64,000 bases of DNA, from NCBI RefSeq assembly GCF_036588685.1, contig NC_086381.1, positions 64,976,001 through 65,040,000 on the forward strand. The letters are read 5' to 3'. Within the stretch, counting starts at the first letter, position 1. Each line of letters starts with the position of its first letter. Position numbers and translations under genes: made by a program. The notes under the pieces are model-generated. The model ran no database searches. It worked only from the letters and a program-made list of their open reading frames with translations, and was not told the DNA's origin. The stretch is from Mytilus trossulus. Its lineage: Eukaryota. This document shows, piece after piece, positions 27,642 through 40,951 of the stretch.

Positions 27642-29293
27642 GTACATGGAATGAATGTAATATGTAAAGTTTAAAAAAAAAGTGTGCATGTCACTCTAGT
27701 AGGATTTACTAGGATTGATCTCCAATACTATGCAATTCTATTCAATTTTCTACTTATATTTTGTATTCCTTGATTCAAGAGGCTCTGATGCATTGGTCCC
27801 TTGTAGATCAAACGCGCGTTCGGAGTGAAAAATTCTAATTCTTGTATCTATGAAAAGTTTATTTTCCGTTCCATTGGACACTTGCAATATTTAGTCTTTT
27901 CATATATATTATTATCAATAGGTCAACACTATTCGAGATTGTGAGATATACATGTCAGTATTTGACAGGTTTTGTCTACACAGACCTTATTTTATAAATT
28001 GTTCAAGTTTTAATGGTTTGGCTAATATATCAGATACTATGCGAAATAGGTCAACTAAAAAAAGAAGATTGCCAATGAGACAACTCTCCACAATTTTGTT
28101 AATATATTAAATTATATTCGTACTTGCCTGTCTGCCATTATATATAAAAAAGAAGATGTGGTATAATTGCCAATGAGACAAATATTCACAAGAGACCAAA
28201 TGACACAGAAATTAACAATTATAGGTCACCGTACGGCCTGTTTATTTGCCTCAATCATATTTATATAGTTGACTGATCAATTTAATTCAATTTCATTTTT
28301 TTTTGTCTTTTTTTTTTAGCAATTTATCTACTTTACTTGGTTTATTGTATAACTTCGGTTCAATAGATAAAAAATAAATAACCCTATGGTAACTCACTCC
28401 TCAAGTTTGCAGCAGCTTAAATGTAAGACACGCAAGAACATGGTCCATTTGTGTGATTATTGGTGTTTCGGTTAGATATACTTGTAGAATGTTTATAGCG
28501 TTTAATATGTTGTTGTTAGGTAAAACGAGAAAAGATTATGCTCAGCGGTTCAGAGAATAGGTCACATTTTATAAAAATAGCAGAACATACTCAGAAATCC
28601 ATCAACAATATGCATTTTGCTTTCAAGAATAATTTCGTCAGGCATATGTGAATAGGCAAAGTTAGAAAAAGACCCGGGATTAAAAATCAGATACCAAAGT
28701 GAAAAATATATATACTTTTTATCAATGGCTGGACAAAACATGCATAAAATACAACAACTATATCATGCACTAATGGATTAAAATTCACGAGAATAGTAGT
28801 TGCTAGGTGTTAATATCGGACCACAACTTTGTATTATTTGGTTTCGTTTCAGACCATGAGCGTGAACGAGTTTAGGATGTCTTCCCTTTCTTTGGCCTTG
28901 AACATATAATCTTTTCGTATACAATAAGCAATATTGCGGGAGATATGCAACCCCACTACCAATATTGACGAGTCACAAACGACATATGCGAGGAAGAACC
29001 TATGTCTAAAACTGTAAAGGGATAACTTATTGACAGTTGCAAAAGATGTTGAGAAAAATTTTGTTTCTTGAGATTGTATATTCTCTGAAAAATGGAAGCC
29101 TATTTTCTTCACTCATTTGCGAAGGTTTATTTTATAATACATGCAACTCTTGAAATGCCGATATGAATTACTTGTATACAACATTTGTAACCATTTGAAA
29201 ATGAAATGTAATGTAAATGTTTTACTGCTCTCAAAACCCTTTTAATTAACACTTTATTGATACGGGACAGATATATAATGTCACAAAATGTTT

Positions 29294-29452
29294 CAGGCCC
29301 GTAGCCAGGAATTTCCAAAGGGGGGTTCGTTTGACTCACAAACTCGACTTTAACAGTCACAATTCGAACAGAACATCGACTTTAACAGTGCTTAATAGTT
29401 TTCAAGGGGGAGTTCGTCCGAACCCCCCGAACCCCCCCTGGCTACGGGTATG
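29294..29452. mobile_element. 159-bp MITE with 5-bp TSD
   Basis: CAGGCCCGTAGCCAGG ... CCTGGCTACGGGTATG inverted ends; TGTTT directly flanks both sides. Confidence 0.7.
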
Positions 29453-31493
29453 TGTTTTCTGTATATCAGTATATATGTGTTTATTGAGCATTCTGACATT
29501 AAATGTGTTTAATTGAAGATTATAAAGTACAGTTATTGGGAGCGAATTCGGCCAATGAAGGAAACTTCTTGTGAAATATGATAACACGTGGACAACGGTA
29601 TATTCTTATTAATTTCAAACAACATATGTAGCTGTGGTATGCAAGCAGCTTGATTTTAGGTATTTAGGTTATATAAACGAATTGTGAATAAGAAGATAAC
29701 TAAGCAAATTATAGTTGAAGAAAAGATCTGCACAACGATCTTCCCTAAATAAATATTCCAATAAATTTTTCAATACTGAAATAACTTGTGGGCTTTTTTG
29801 TCTTTTTCTTTTTTTTGTATTGGTTTGTTAAAGAAATTGCGTATTTGTTTAATAAAGAAACGTAAATTCGTTTGGCTAGCCACAGATTAACAATTAAAAC
29901 CGTAAGCATGTTTTAATTTTGGATGCTTCTAAGATGAAGTAATGGTACCCAACCAATTTCAAACATAGGGGGAGATATGATAAAGAACTACACTGCGTAT
30001 TTGTTATAAACTCAAAAATAATTGATTGGTCGAGTTTCTTAAGCATCCTTAAAGCAACACTCATAGTGTATATCATAGACATGGCTGAGAAATAAACAGT
30101 AAAGACTCCGTTTAGAAAAACAGTCCGTTAAACTACCATTGATATACTGTGTAGTTTGTTATTTCATCATTAACAGGAGAGGTCTCACACGTGGAGCAGG
30201 ATCTGTGAACCCGTCCGGAACTTTTAAGGTCACCCCTCTGATTTTTCGATAAGTTCATGTTAGTTTTGGTTTTCAGTGTTAAAAAAAGTATGATTTGAAG
30301 ACCGTTTGTTTATTGTTTTGTAATGGAATTGTTTTTTTATTCTTATGTGATTGATATCCTTTATTAAGTTATATCTGTCTCACTTTTCCAGTACTATAAC
30401 TTATTGATATTTTTTGTAGAGCTCCAGATGACAGTTTCGTTAGAAAGTGATAAAAGTTGTTCACCGAGAGGGAGAAACATGAGAGATCTGTGTTTCTAGA
30501 TGGTATTATTCCATTGGTTATTCTTTTATAGGATGAAATAACTGCATTTATGTTGAATAACATTTAGAAAGTATTATTTAGTATCTAAAATTGTCATATA
30601 AATAATGTGTACATTTCGGAATACGCATATTGTACTCAAATTCTTTAATCATTTTCGCCAATGGACCCCAATTTTTCTTTTTATAAATCTCTTACATGTA
30701 TAAATATAAGTTATTTATAAAAGTCGTATAAAATTTTATCTATTTTGTAATAGTTTTTGAGAACTTGACAAAGCGATGAAAAACCGAGAAATAACATTTT
30801 CCCGCAAACATTCCGATGGTTAATATCTCCAAAACAAGCTTGTAACCTTTACTCCTTTTCTGCCTTTTCGATTTCTCAAATAATCCCCTATCGAAATGTA
30901 CTAGTGCTATGGAAAGCTTTTCAATTGAGACACCGAGCAGCAAACTTCCATACGTGTGGTATTAACCGTTTTAGAATATGTCTCTCAAAGATGATGATTT
31001 GTATGTTTTAATAGTTGAAATACCAACATGACCAATGACTGAGAATTAACCATCGATACTTATATAAGAATGTGTAATTCATGGGGAGTACGAGAGCTAT
31101 CAAACGTGGAAGAGGGTCTGCTTCTTTTTCTATTTTTGTTAGGAGCACCCTAAATTATGTTTGGGGTTGTGCATTTTTGTTCGTTTTTCGAATCTTGGGA
31201 TGAGTTTGAAAATTCGTTTGATAACTCATAATATCTCTTAAATATCCGTCACTTTCCCAATGTGTCTATCCGTTTACAGAGGTCATTTGACCAGTGGTTG
31301 TAATTGGTTGATAACATTATCATTATTGGCTTTCATATTAATTTGTTTATTGATATAGTTCTAGATATTTTAATTTCTCTCTAGAACTATAAAAAAAATT
31401 GTTTAGTCAGGCTTTGGAAGCTTTCTTTATATATATATTTCATTTATAATTTTTTGTTTCTGTTTATTATTAAATTTATATTAAGATACATTT

Positions 31494-32190
31494 TTTACAT
31501 CTTGTGATCAATTTTATTTGGCAATCGCCAATGGCAGTCAGCTGGGTTATAGAACGTCAGTTGTTCGACCTGTTAGTCAAATGCGTTTTGTTTAAATATA
31601 CTTTTTCAATTTAGACTCGTTTATATTTTTTCTTTGGGCTTGTATCATATTTTTCCTTCGGTTTGTATGATCGTTCATCCTATATTGACTCTTAAAATTC
31701 AAGAGTTTTATCTAAAAATGAGGGTACTCTTTCTAAAAATAAGGTACATTTTATATGGCCTTCCAAATACTGTTTCGATCCCTTACATCACTGAAGAGAC
31801 AGTTATTGTCGAAATCCGGATCTGGTGTACTAAAAAAATATTGACACCGTATGTTTGTGGCATAACATCGTGGCCACAAGTTTTTTTCTGTTTAGTATTA
31901 AATGTAAATGTTATGTAAGATCCATTTTGTTACATCTTGTGATCAATTTAATTTGTCAATCGCAAATGGCAGTCGGCAGGGTTAAAGAACATCAGTTGTT
32001 CGACCTGTTAGTCAAATGCGTTTTGTTTAAATATACTTTTTCACTTTTTTTGTCTTTTAGAAAATGTTGTTTGTGCTGTTTTTAGACCCCTCTACAACGA
32101 AATTTGTTTTACACGCACACGTATAACAATTGCGATTTTTATCCAACGCAATCATAGGTTTGAACGTAGTATTCAATTTAGACTCGTTTT
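31494..32190 (+). mobile_element. non-autonomous Penelope-like/retrozyme-type insertion with partial direct repeats
   Basis: 31494-31622 is repeated at 31930-32190, the first copy lacking ~130 bp internally; the hammerhead lies between the repeats. Confidence 0.6.
31784..31829 (+). ncRNA. minimal type I hammerhead ribozyme (intact core) within a Penelope-like repeat
   Basis: TACATCA-CTGAAGA-GACA gttat TGTC-GAAA-TCCGGA-TC^-TGGTGTA: 7-bp helix I, CUGANGA core, 4-bp helix II, GAAA, palindromic helix III and AUC cleavage triplet (cut after 31822). Confidence 0.8.
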
Positions 32191-32202
32191 TATATATATA
32201 TA

Positions 32203-33798
32203 TGTTACAGTAAATAGGTGAAATTAGGAATTACATGTAATTACTAAAATTTAAGAATTACAGGTAATTCCCGGTGCACTTAGTTAATACAAGTAATTCC
32301 TGAAACGGCCCAGTTATTACCAGTAATTACTAATTTTAAAATGAATTTTTACAACTATTTACTGACTGCTAAAACAATGTAGTATTATGGTCAGGTGATC
32401 AAAAGTCATGGTAATACTAACTAAAAGATCAGTTAAAGTACAGTGCAGTAAATTTTGAATGGTTGATTTCTATAAAAAAATATCTTGAATAGATATGGAC
32501 TTTCAAATATTTGGTTAAATCCAAGTAACTTTAGTTTTAATCCAAAATGGTTCAAGTTGAGCATTAAACAGATATTTTTTGACCAATTTCAGCAGACATG
32601 GAAATCAGAAATAGAAAATTCTCTTAAAGCATAATGTTTAATTTTTTTGAAAAAAACTTTGAATTCTAAGAATATTTAGACTTACTACCTTATACAGATA
32701 AGACAACGTTATGTAGTTTAAGAACTGGTATGAACTGTTATGTGCATAAGCTTCGAGATATAAAAAAAATTAATATATATTTTTTGTTGTCAAATCATTA
32801 ATAACAATGATATAGTGAAATTATAATTCACTGTTAGCAGCCAATCTGGTTATAATTTGTTAAAATAGCTGAGAAACAAGGTTGATGAGTTGTGCACTTG
32901 CGAGTGAATATTTGGACCTCATTGATTACGCATTCATGTGACCTTCAATTCAACCTCTAGCTGAAGATGCGCCAGTATGATGTATTAAGCTATTAAAGTT
33001 GTAAGGGTTTTGCAGAACAAATAGCCTACTTTTGCTGTTAATCGCAGGCTCAACAAAAATGAGGAAAAAATATTAAAATTTTCCTCTAGATACTATCTTT
33101 TGACTAGTACTGTAAGAAGCTTCTGTCAAAATAAGGTAAAAATCCAGGATGGTTTATTAAACCTAATGTTTTGAAAACTTTAACTGCATAGTGTATGAAA
33201 CGTTAACTGGGAAAAAAACTCCTAGACTAGTCCATTTATAAGTAATATGCAAAAAAGGATTCTTTTTACAAACTCTACTTTTGGATATTAACTTTTTACT
33301 CTTAAAAATTTTGCTTCTGTAGAAATCCAGGATATTTGGAGAAAGTTATTTTAAAGTTTTAAAACACAGTGCATGATGGAGATTTTAGTTTAACCAAATT
33401 ATGAAAATCAATTTGATATAGATATCATTGTCTTGCATGCATATATTTACAGAGTTTCAAAACCTATAAAACAACCATTTTCCAGTTGCAATTCACAAAC
33501 ACTAAAGAGTATGCACTTTTGATGTGCCTTATATTCCTACATCCTTAAGTAAACTCCCTTAAAATCCCCATCCCTTTACTTTCTTATTTAATATCTTGAA
33601 TTATGTTTTTTAATTTTAAAACAAAAACATCAAGTTAGTAAATAGCTGTAAAAATGACAAAAAAAATCAGTGATTACCAGTAATCACTGAAACAACTAGT
33701 AAATACATGTAATTACTAAATTGGCTAGTAATTACAGGTATTTACTGAAACGTTTAGTAATTACGTGTAATTCCTAATTTCACCTATTTACTGTAACA
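32203..33798. mobile_element. non-autonomous TIR element (TGTTA...TAACA) inserted in a (TA)n tract
   Basis: TGTTACAGTAAATAGGTGAAATTAGGAATTAC is matched by GTAATTCCTAATTTCACCTATTTACTGTAACA; subterminal GTAATTAC repeats; carries a LINE 3' fragment (~32500-32730, DQFQQTWKSEIENS). Confidence 0.85.
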
Positions 33799-33859
33799 TA
33801 TATATATCTATATATATAAAATAAAAAGGACAAACGGAAAAAAAGTAATGCATAAAATG

Positions 33860-34140
33860 AAAACTAGATTATTTGCAACAAGAAGATCAAAGAAGCCAGG
33901 AAATTAAATTTCACATTGAGATATATTAATGATGTTCTTTCCATTATCAATCCACAATTTTCAGAAATTGTTCAATACATATATACCACCAGAACTAGAT
34001 ATTAAAGAAACAACACGGCTTCCTCTGCCTCATTTTAGACTTATTCCTCTAATTTGATATGCAAAGTCATCTCAACACCATAATCAATGACAAACGAGAC
34101 GATTGTAGTTTTAAAATTATCAACTTTTCCTACATTAGTT
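33860..34140 (+). mobile_element. Penelope-like retroelement reverse transcriptase remnant
   Basis: Frameshifted translation FTLRYINDVLSIINP..IYPPELDIKETT..SASFLDL...NDKRDDCSFKIINF (YIDD-type RT motif region). Confidence 0.75.
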
Positions 34141-35689
34141 AGTTGGGGGTACTTACTAACTTAGCAAACTCCATAACATAATTGCATCCCTTCATTTAAA
34201 GTTATAGCTATTTCCCTTTGACTTATAAGCTGAAATAGTGATGGAAGGCAACGATATTTTTAAACCTCATTTTCGAAAAAATGGAGATAAATGGATTTCA
34301 TTATCTCGTTGTAGACGGCTTATTCTTTCTAGAAATATAACGACATATTATATGACAAAATGAATATCATTACCCGTCAGATGATATTAAAATGTATATT
34401 GATTTGAATCGTTATTTATATTGGTGTCGAATAATTCGTTTACAGCAATGTTCGACACAAGGATTGATTTATATAGATGCACATTTGAAAATTATTATTA
34501 AAAATGGAATTCAAATAATGATATATATTTTATTGCACCAGATGCAAACTCAAAAGCTTCCCACAAACATTGGGAGTATTATCTCAAAAGTATGACAAAT
34601 ATTTAATATATAATCAAATAATACAGACAAATGCTAGTTATTATTGTTATAAAATAAAGAAATTTAATTGAAATAGCGTTTTCCCCAAAAATCTTTGTAC
34701 AATACGACAAAGTAAAATTTTATCACTCAATTGTAATACTGGAAGATCAATGGAGTGAGTGCCCACTTTTTTATGGTTGGAATGAGCGAATGAGACACCC
34801 CAAATCAACTCTTCTTATTTATCATGATTATTATTTAAAAATTATTTCATTTCTTTTTCTCAACAAATAAAACTTTATTATGATTATCGCAAAATGATTG
34901 TTTTTATTGTATTTCTATTTATAATATCATTTAGAGATTGATAGACCTTAATAGGATTATTTTTGTTCTTGTTAATAAACAATCAAAATATATTAATGTT
35001 GATCTCAGTCATTTTTTTTTTTTTGAAAACTATATCAATCATTGATTTGTTCACCAGGTGTGTACTATCACGCGATCAAATGAATATAAGTAATTATGTT
35101 AAGTATGTCGATACTGAAACATAAGAACACAGAAGTTAATACAGTACGTCGATCCATCGCATTGCATTGACCACATTAATAGAAATTTATCAGATGTGAA
35201 CTGTTTTAATAGATAAATCAATAACTTTCAAAAAAGACAAAATGATCAAAAAAGCGTTAATAAGAAAAAAAAGAATCCTATTTTTCAAAATATTTGATTT
35301 TATACAATTAATATTTTTTTAGGAGGGCAAAGTAAATCAATTATTGTCAATTACCTGTTCAGTTTATCTTCAACTTAAGATTTTTAAATTTCTTTTTGGA
35401 GGTTTCTACCTCTTTTCTACTGTTTTGCTATTTCATAACTCAATATCATACACTGCACATGTGCAATTTGTAAGACGTTGATATTTTTGCAGAGAAATTT
35501 AAATTCTTTAGGAAAATGAAACAGTAAACATGAACACAATTTACAGTTAGTTTGAATATCATTCAGTCATTATTCAAGTAATCATACTTACATCTAAATA
35601 TAAATGTGGATTTATTATGTTATATTATGAAATTATAATGAACATTGGTATAATATGTGTCTCTCCTATATATGCATACTGTCATATAT

Positions 35690-38600
35690 GAGAAAGAAGC
35701 AAAACCCGGTAGAAGAAGAAAAAGATCGACTCAAACTGTCTCAGATACTGAACAAGAACTAGTTCCTCTGCCAAAGCGCTCAGATACCGATTCTTGTACT
35801 GTTTAACACCCACAACTATGGAAAATAAAGCCGATCCACAAAAACAAGGTCAGTGAATGAAATTTACGATTAATGAGTCAAAGTAAGAGAAAATAAAAAC
35901 TCTCTGAAATAGTCACTAGACAAACATATTACTGGTCTAGAAAACAGTCTCATAAACGGTAATATTAAAAAAAAAAGAAGAAATAGATCTGGTATTACAA
36001 ATGTCGATAATAAAAAAGAGAGATTAGATCATCGTATTGAAACACTTGAGAAAGGCCAAATAAATACACAAATTCTACAACCCGTGAACAGAGATGATTT
36101 CTCACTCTTAACTTGTTTTTCAAAATGTACAACAAAACGACCTGGATTATGTAAAAGATGTGATTAAAGCCATGGAATTAGATTATAGTTCAATGTCCGT
36201 TGATAGTCTAGGATCACAAAATTAACATGAGAACACTACAGAAAAATATTGGTAACATAAGAAAACGACACAAAACGGTCCGAAGTGATGAACAATAAAC
36301 GGAAATTAACACAGTAATGAAGTTGAAGAGTTGCCACCGTCAATGTCGACTCAACGGTCGCAAATACAGTTTTACAGGCGACGCATAGAGGAGATAGTAA
36401 AACAATCATTTGTGACCGTCAAATTAAAACTGACGGTGGCAACTCTTAAAGTACAGTATTGTTATTCCAATTCTACGGAATGACAAAAAGAAATAATATC
36501 TTAGAGCTTAGAAAATGTATAAATTTGACAAAAAACTAAATTCTGCGAAATTTATGAATGATTTTGGCGCAAAGACTTCATGAATTAAAGTAATGTCATA
36601 CAATTGAAAGGTTATTACGTTACATCTACGATTCAAATTCTGAATAAAACGGCGAATTCGTGGTAGGTGGTGTTTTATTTTGGATAATATTGTTAAAATC
36701 GAACATTGTTGATATAATCAACTTGAAATAGCGGGTCCCTCCTTAGTTTAATAGGCCTGATCAACTGTGGATTTAGCGGTAACTATTAGGATGACAACAG
36801 ACACATAGTCCAATTTATGCCCAATTTTCAAATCCGAGGAGGACGAGTTATGAAAAAAAAATAGGAAATATGGATGCTTTTACAGTGTTTAAAAATAGGT
36901 ATTTGGAACTGTAGGGGTGGAACCTATAAGATGATATTGCGTATAGCAGAATTTTAAGGGAAGATATCATTAATTCACTAAATTTTGATATAATTGATAT
37001 ACAGGAAACCCACTTGATTGGTTATCATAATGTATTCATAAAAGGCTACAAATCTTTTGGAAATAATCAGACGGATATTTCAACTAATGCATAGAGAGGA
37101 TCCAGAGGTGTCGGTTTTTAAATTTTAAATAAAATATTAGAAAGTTTCGACTGTGGAATTTTATACAATTTATATGACGATATAGTATTGATATATCTTA
37201 CGTAGATATAGGAAGATGTGGTGTGAGTGCCAATTAGACAACCTTCCATCCAAATAACATTTTTTTTAAAAATAAACAATTGTAGGTCAAAGTACGGCCT
37301 TCAACACGGAGCCTTGGCTTACACCGAACAACAAGCTATAAAGGGCCCCAAATATACTAGTGTAAAACCATTCAAACGGGAAAACCAACGGTCTAATCCA
37401 AATAAAAAAACGAAGAACGAGAAACACGTATATATTACATAAACAAACGACAACTACTGTACATCAGATTCCTGACTTAGGACAGGTGCAAACATTTGCA
37501 TCGGGATTAAACGTTAAAATGGATCCAAACCTTCTCCCTTTTTCTGAAACACTAGCATAACATCACAACATAGTAATACACACGATAAAATATAAATTGA
37601 CAGACTTAACTCAATCAAAAAACGTTAATGATGTGTCTTTTTTGAAGTTCAGTTAATTTGGGCTTTTGGTTAGTGGCAGCACGAAGCAACTATACCAGAC
37701 CACTCGGTGCTAACTCGTAAACTATCTCTATTGGATTACTAGCAATATACAAAAACAATAAAAAAAACAAAACTCAAGCGCGAAAGATTGAACGGAAACG
37801 TGTTTACCAAGTGAAGAACCTTCCAAATGCTATATTTACAAACGAAATGTGCAGACACGCAATACCCAATGTAATTTTAAAAGCAATATAAAGTTTTCAA
37901 AACAGACAGTCTTTACAACCCGTTCGTTGTCACACTTTATAGTAAAGTGGATCGACAGCTTGTTTGCAACGATAAACATAATGAACATAACGGCAAAAAG
38001 AGGCGAAAAGCAGTTACACCATGTTGGAACAATGATCTAAATAAACTTTTCAGTAAAACGCTTCGGTCGGAAAAATTTTTGTTCGATGTTATAACGGTAA
38101 CAGACGTACATGAGAAAGACTGTAGCAGGTTTTTATTGTGAATCGGAAAAGCTTTGATAAATGTGTGAGGCAAGCGCAACATCAGTATCAAGAGCAACAA
38201 CGCAACAAGCTACGAAGTGAGTAATTGCTTTTTTCAGCAGAAATTACGGAAGTTGATGACTTATTTCTGTCAAACATTGAACAGTTAAACGCGCAAATGG
38301 AAGCCTAAATCGATTACATAATTTTAAATAAAAATGAAACTTAAGTTACGGATGCTCCACTCAATGATGATATAAGTATTAAAGAGACAAAAGGTGCCAT
38401 GAAAAGACTGAAATCTGGAAAATCAGAAGAAGTAGATAATCTACCAAATGAAATTCTAATAAACAAACCTAAGTATATGCCTTAGAAACAATGATCAATA
38501 TGTTTTCCACTATTAGAAAAGTGCCTAGTTTGTGATGTAAATGTAAGGACTATCGTGACCCATTAAAACGTGTATGTCAACGGTCGCTAAACCATTTGAT

Positions 38601-40150
38601 TAAATTCTTAATACTAAGTAGTCGAAGGATGAATTTCTTTGAAAGTGAAAATATTTTTGCGGGGACCAAATGGATACCGTAAACGCAGATCAGGCCGCGA
38701 TCACATATACAGCTTTTGTTCAATTCTAAGAAACAGAAAAACACACTAATTGGAAACATTTACAAATGTATGTGCTTTGTAATCTTTTCAAAGGCTTTTA
38801 ACTAAGATGACCAAACTTTCTGTGACATAAACTTATGACTGCCGGAATTCACGGTCATAGGCTTAAAAAAGTTCCAAGTATGTATTCCGTTATGAAAGTC
38901 TGTATCCAGATAAACGAACAATATACAAGATGGTTTTCTGTAGGAAAAGGAGTCCATTAGGGTGATAATTTAGCTCCGACGCTACTCGCCTTATTCATTA
39001 ATGATCCAATACCTGAAAGCTATTCTCTTGGCTGTGAAGTCTTTCTAAAAAAATACTTTTCAGTCAGTGAGTAACTATACGCCGACGACACAGTTCTCAG
39101 TACTAGCGCTACTGCGGGTCAACAAACACAATTAAACACGTTGAACAACTAGTCGAGAATATTGACAAAACTAAAGTACTGCACGTAAAGAAAGCTTCAG
39201 TTGCACAAAGCCACTTTGAGTTAAAAACTGGCGACAAAATAGTTAACTATACTTCAAACTGCCGATATTTAAGTCTTCAAGTGTTAGAAACATTAGACTA
39301 CATCATCAGTATACACCAGTTGATTACTGGGAGCAGTCATGCTTTAGGTTCCCTTGTTATGAAATACTGCATAGCGGTTTATTTACGAGGGTATACAATT
39401 TTTGTTATCAAATAAGGTATTCGAAATATTTTGGCGGTATTTATTTTGGAGGATTCAAAACGTTTATCAATATTCAGGCATATGCACTTTTAAATTAGCG
39501 GAATTATTTTTTGCATTTATGTTCTTTTCCCGAAAATAGGCGAACATTTACACCCCGCGAAAATAACCGACTATACGTTATTACAGTACCGTTAGATTGC
39601 ATTATGATTGATTTAAAACATACTGTGCTGAAGTATGGGGTTAAAAACGTATGAAGGACTAGCTAGACAAATTGCAAATTAGGGCTATATGATCTTTTTC
39701 AGGAGTCGGAAAGTTATACCGATACCAGAAATGACAGGTGAAATGGCATGGATATAAGTCTCTATCCAAAATCCTTGTCAGATGATAAAGCTGTGGTGCC
39801 GTCATGTAAATATGAACTCAAACGAAACAAAAACAAAACAAGAATTGCACAGCAAAGACCTTTTATGTAAATAATAAGTTGTTGTCCAAAAGCACTTGTT
39901 TCCACTTGAGACAAAATGAACTAGAAGTTAGCAAATATGACATCGCTTATATAATATTTGCATGCAATTAAATCAACCTGTATTTGCATCTTTGCGTTTT
40001 CATTACACTAGAAAGATTGATCTTATCAAATCAAGAACTTTTTCCAATGTATCTAGCAGATTATGACATCTTGATAGTAAATACTTATAAATATGGAATA
40101 CAATCAGAACCGTTCTGACCGAAATACCTTTCCTACCTTGAAAAATCATC
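35690..40150 (+). mobile_element. degenerate non-LTR retrotransposon (LINE): ORF1-like, APE and RT remnants
   Basis: APE-like DIIDIQETHL...GYKSFGNN...RGSRGVG (~36975-37120); PCWNNDL (~38018); LNDDISIKE..LKSGKSEEVDNLPNEIL (~38360); GVH*GDNLAPTL..LFIND (~38950); LYADD (~39075). Many stops and frameshifts. Interrupted by family A repeat (37203-37630) and short TIR elements (~36326-36448, ~39365-39580). Confidence 0.85.
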
Positions 40151-40951
40151 GGTCAAATAAGTTTCATATTCACTATTTTGTGTAGTTGCAGGCTGCAAGC
40201 TGGGGATTATTGTCATGACGCTTCTTTCTTATAGATTATATTTTCATTGTAGTTGCTTCTTCAATAGTTTTATTTCGATTACTTTATTCAGTGTCATTAC
40301 TATTTTCGACTTTACTGGAGTTATTGATAGATAATTTCTGCTACATGTATTTACTAATTTCAATGCTCATTGTAAACTTTATTTGATATTTTATACTTTT
40401 TTTTTATTATATAATACCACAACCCTTGACGAAATAACACAAAACTTTTCAATATAATTGTATGTATAAGTGACCCGATTTATCTTATCAGACTTGAATA
40501 TTAAAATTGCAAACAAGAGAAATAATGGTGATTAATTTGAAAAGTGTTTGATCAATCATAAACAGTCCTGTTAACCGCATGAACAGGAAAACATAAGATA
40601 AAAGAATTAGCTCAAAAAGATTAATGTTTATAAAGAGACGTGTGTTTGTTGAATATGCAGTTACAGCCGATTTTATTGAGTGTGTGTGTTTTGCTCGCTA
40701 GGAAGCTGAAACTTGAATTCATTTTAAGGTTAGGTAAACTATTTTCCTCGTAAACTAGTCCGACGAATAACCAATTTATCTCTCTGAAAGGAAGGTGGCA
40801 TACCTTACCTTATAAGGACAGCAAGCTTACAAAACATATTACCTACACACCCAAAAACATCGGCTGAAATGTTCACACTGATTTCGGTTGAAGTATTGCA
40901 CTTTTTCATATTGATATATATATACACATATCAACGAGTTGTATATATATT

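Larger units (their letters stand above)
25589..29659 (+). pseudogene. scavenger receptor cysteine-rich (SRCR) domain pseudogene, at least two domains
   Basis: Exon 25589-25800 is an SRCR second half (PTVLKYIECPWNSVYLDQCS..W...SCGYHQHD*RLKC; TGA at 25767). Exon 29519-29659 is an SRCR first half (DYKVQLLGANSANEG-LLVKYDNTWTTVYSY*FQTTYVAVVCKQLDF; frameshift ~29563, TAA at 29610). Both keep AG/GT ends. Confidence 0.75.

Noticed and set aside
28853-29030. Possible WSC/CUB-like exon relic in the SRCR pseudogene
   Set aside because: Only LGC and YCG fragments across several frames; too degenerate to support.
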